Assembly (NCBI GenBank): GCA_902634555.1
Contig: CACPKO010000002.1
Coordinates: forward strand, 1,185-65,184
Source of the DNA: Actinomycetota bacterium
GTDB taxonomy: Bacteria > Actinomycetota > Acidimicrobiia > Acidimicrobiales > MedAcidi-G1
Reading direction: 5' to 3'
DNA length: 64,000 nt
The position numbers were made by a program, and so were the translations under genes. Each line of letters opens with the position of its first letter. The first letter of the stretch is position 1. The notes below the pieces were generated by a model. It was not told the DNA's origin, did no database searches, and saw nothing but the letters and a program-made list of their open reading frames with translations. Below, piece by piece: positions 63,091-64,000 of this stretch.

Positions 63091-63166
63091 AATTTTCCTT
63101 AATTGTGGATTGTTTGCAGATATCAGTAACTAGGTTAGCGGCCCTTGTCGGGCTGTTGTTTTGATT

Positions 63167-64000
63167 CTAGAGGCCTTGTTCTTGCAGATTGTTTAGATCT
63201 TCAGCGGTTATAAGAACTTCTCGAGCCTTGGAACCCGTTGATGGACCAACAATTCCAGATTCTTCAAGAAGGTCCATCAGTCTCCCAGCACGGGCAAACC
63301 CTACTCGAAGTTTTCGTTGCAGCATTGAGGTTGAGCCCAGTTGACTCTCTACAACTAGCTGACGGGCTTGCTCATAGAGTTCATCGTCGCTACCAGCAGC
63401 AGGGCTTGGGTCTGCTGTGATCGAGTCTGTTATCTCTCCGCCGATAGGAGATATAGAGGAAGTTGATTTTTTTTGTTCCGCAGTAACATCTTCATTTTCC
63501 ACTCCTCCTATTTCGCCTTGGGCCTCCACTTGCTTGACCCAAGTAGTAACGATTTGTCGCACTTCTTCTTCGTCCACCCAAGCGCCTTGTATACGCTGTG
63601 GAGTGCTTGAGCTAGGACCCAGGAGCAGCATGTCCCCTTTTCCTACTAGTCGCTCTGCACCGGGTTGATCAAGAATCACTCTGCTGTCTGCCAAACTTGA
63701 AACAGCGAAAGCAAGACGAGCTGGAATATTTGCTTTTATCACTCCCGTGATCACATTCACTGAAGGGCGCTGCGTGGCAACCACTAGGTGAATACCTACA
63801 GCACGAGCCATTTGGGCTAGTCGACAAATTGAGTCCTCTACATCTCTGGCTGCAACCATCATCAGGTCCGCAAGCTCATCAACAACTACGAGAATGAAAG
63901 GAAGATGCTTGTAATGCAGGGGCTCCTCATTCTCGTCCATCACTCCTAACGGTGCTTGCAAATCTCCTCTGGCATGTGCGGCGTTATACCCAGTAATGTC
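63167..64000 (-). CDS. ftsK: DNA translocase FtsK (C-terminal part; 5' end beyond window)
   Basis: [36 protein letters not shown], gamma domain [18 protein letters not shown]. Confidence 0.96.
   Translation of the reverse strand, partial: DITGYNAAHARGDLQAPLGVMDENEEPLHYKHLPFILVVVDELADLMMVAARDVEDSICRLAQMARAVGIHLVVATQRPSVNVITGVIKANIPARLAFAVSSLADSRVILDQPGAERLVGKGDMLLLGPSSSTPQRIQGAWVDEEEVRQIVTTWVKQVEAQGEIGGVENEDVTAEQKKSTSSISPIGGEITDSITADPSPAAGSDDELYEQARQLVVESQLGSTSMLQRKLRVGFARAGRLMDLLEESGIVGPSTGSKAREVLITAEDLNNLQEQGL

Noticed and set aside
63138-63162. GCGGCCC-TTGTC-GGGCTGT hairpin as ftsK terminator
   Set aside because: The T-run and G-U pairs favour the plus strand, while both flanking genes are on the minus strand; function unsupported.
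39-63668. Numerous 60-165-aa ORFs antisense to or nested in confident genes (e.g. 39-230, 1137-1481, 4121-4426, 11565-12050, 28201-28671, 29718-30059)
   Set aside because: Shadow frames of well-supported CDSs or promoter regions, with no independent motifs or initiation signals.

Overview
64 kb of a compact, gene-dense actinobacterial chromosome. F420-dependent enzymes, CGAAC-N4-GTTCG SOS boxes, leaderless starts and the dap-hflX-miaAB-recA-cinA-pgsA-rimO-ftsK gene order suggest a marine Acidimicrobiia lineage (inference, no search run). The right half is mostly core: lgt, tdk, B12-dependent nrdJ, lexA, the succinylase DAP pathway, tRNA/ribosome modification genes, recA and ftsK, plus a SAM-I/IV riboswitch ahead of metX. 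The left half is accessory-rich and is organised around tRNA-Gly(GCC), tRNA-Cys(GCA) and tRNA-Val(GAC). These are normally adjacent in Actinobacteria, but here about 23.7 kb separates Gly from Cys. That interval holds an Atu-like acyl-CoA carboxylase operon and a candidate defence locus. The locus encodes a MORC/GHKL ATPase with zinc ribbons, an Mrr-nuclease/SF2-helicase fusion, a stand-alone MvaI/BcnI-type N-terminal domain and a C5 methyltransferase with a ~190-aa insert. A neighbouring gene encodes an unusual Mrr-N / RNAP-alpha-CTD / sigma-region-4-HTH / HNH-associated-repeat protein. Other highlights: an unannotated ~160-nt rod-like RNA upstream of nrdJ, a TTACCT-N13/14-AGGTAA palindrome at three promoters, a gene whose ATG abuts a tRNA CCA end, and a PafBC/RecA-NDp-type promoter at recA. 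All product calls come from motif recognition by eye.
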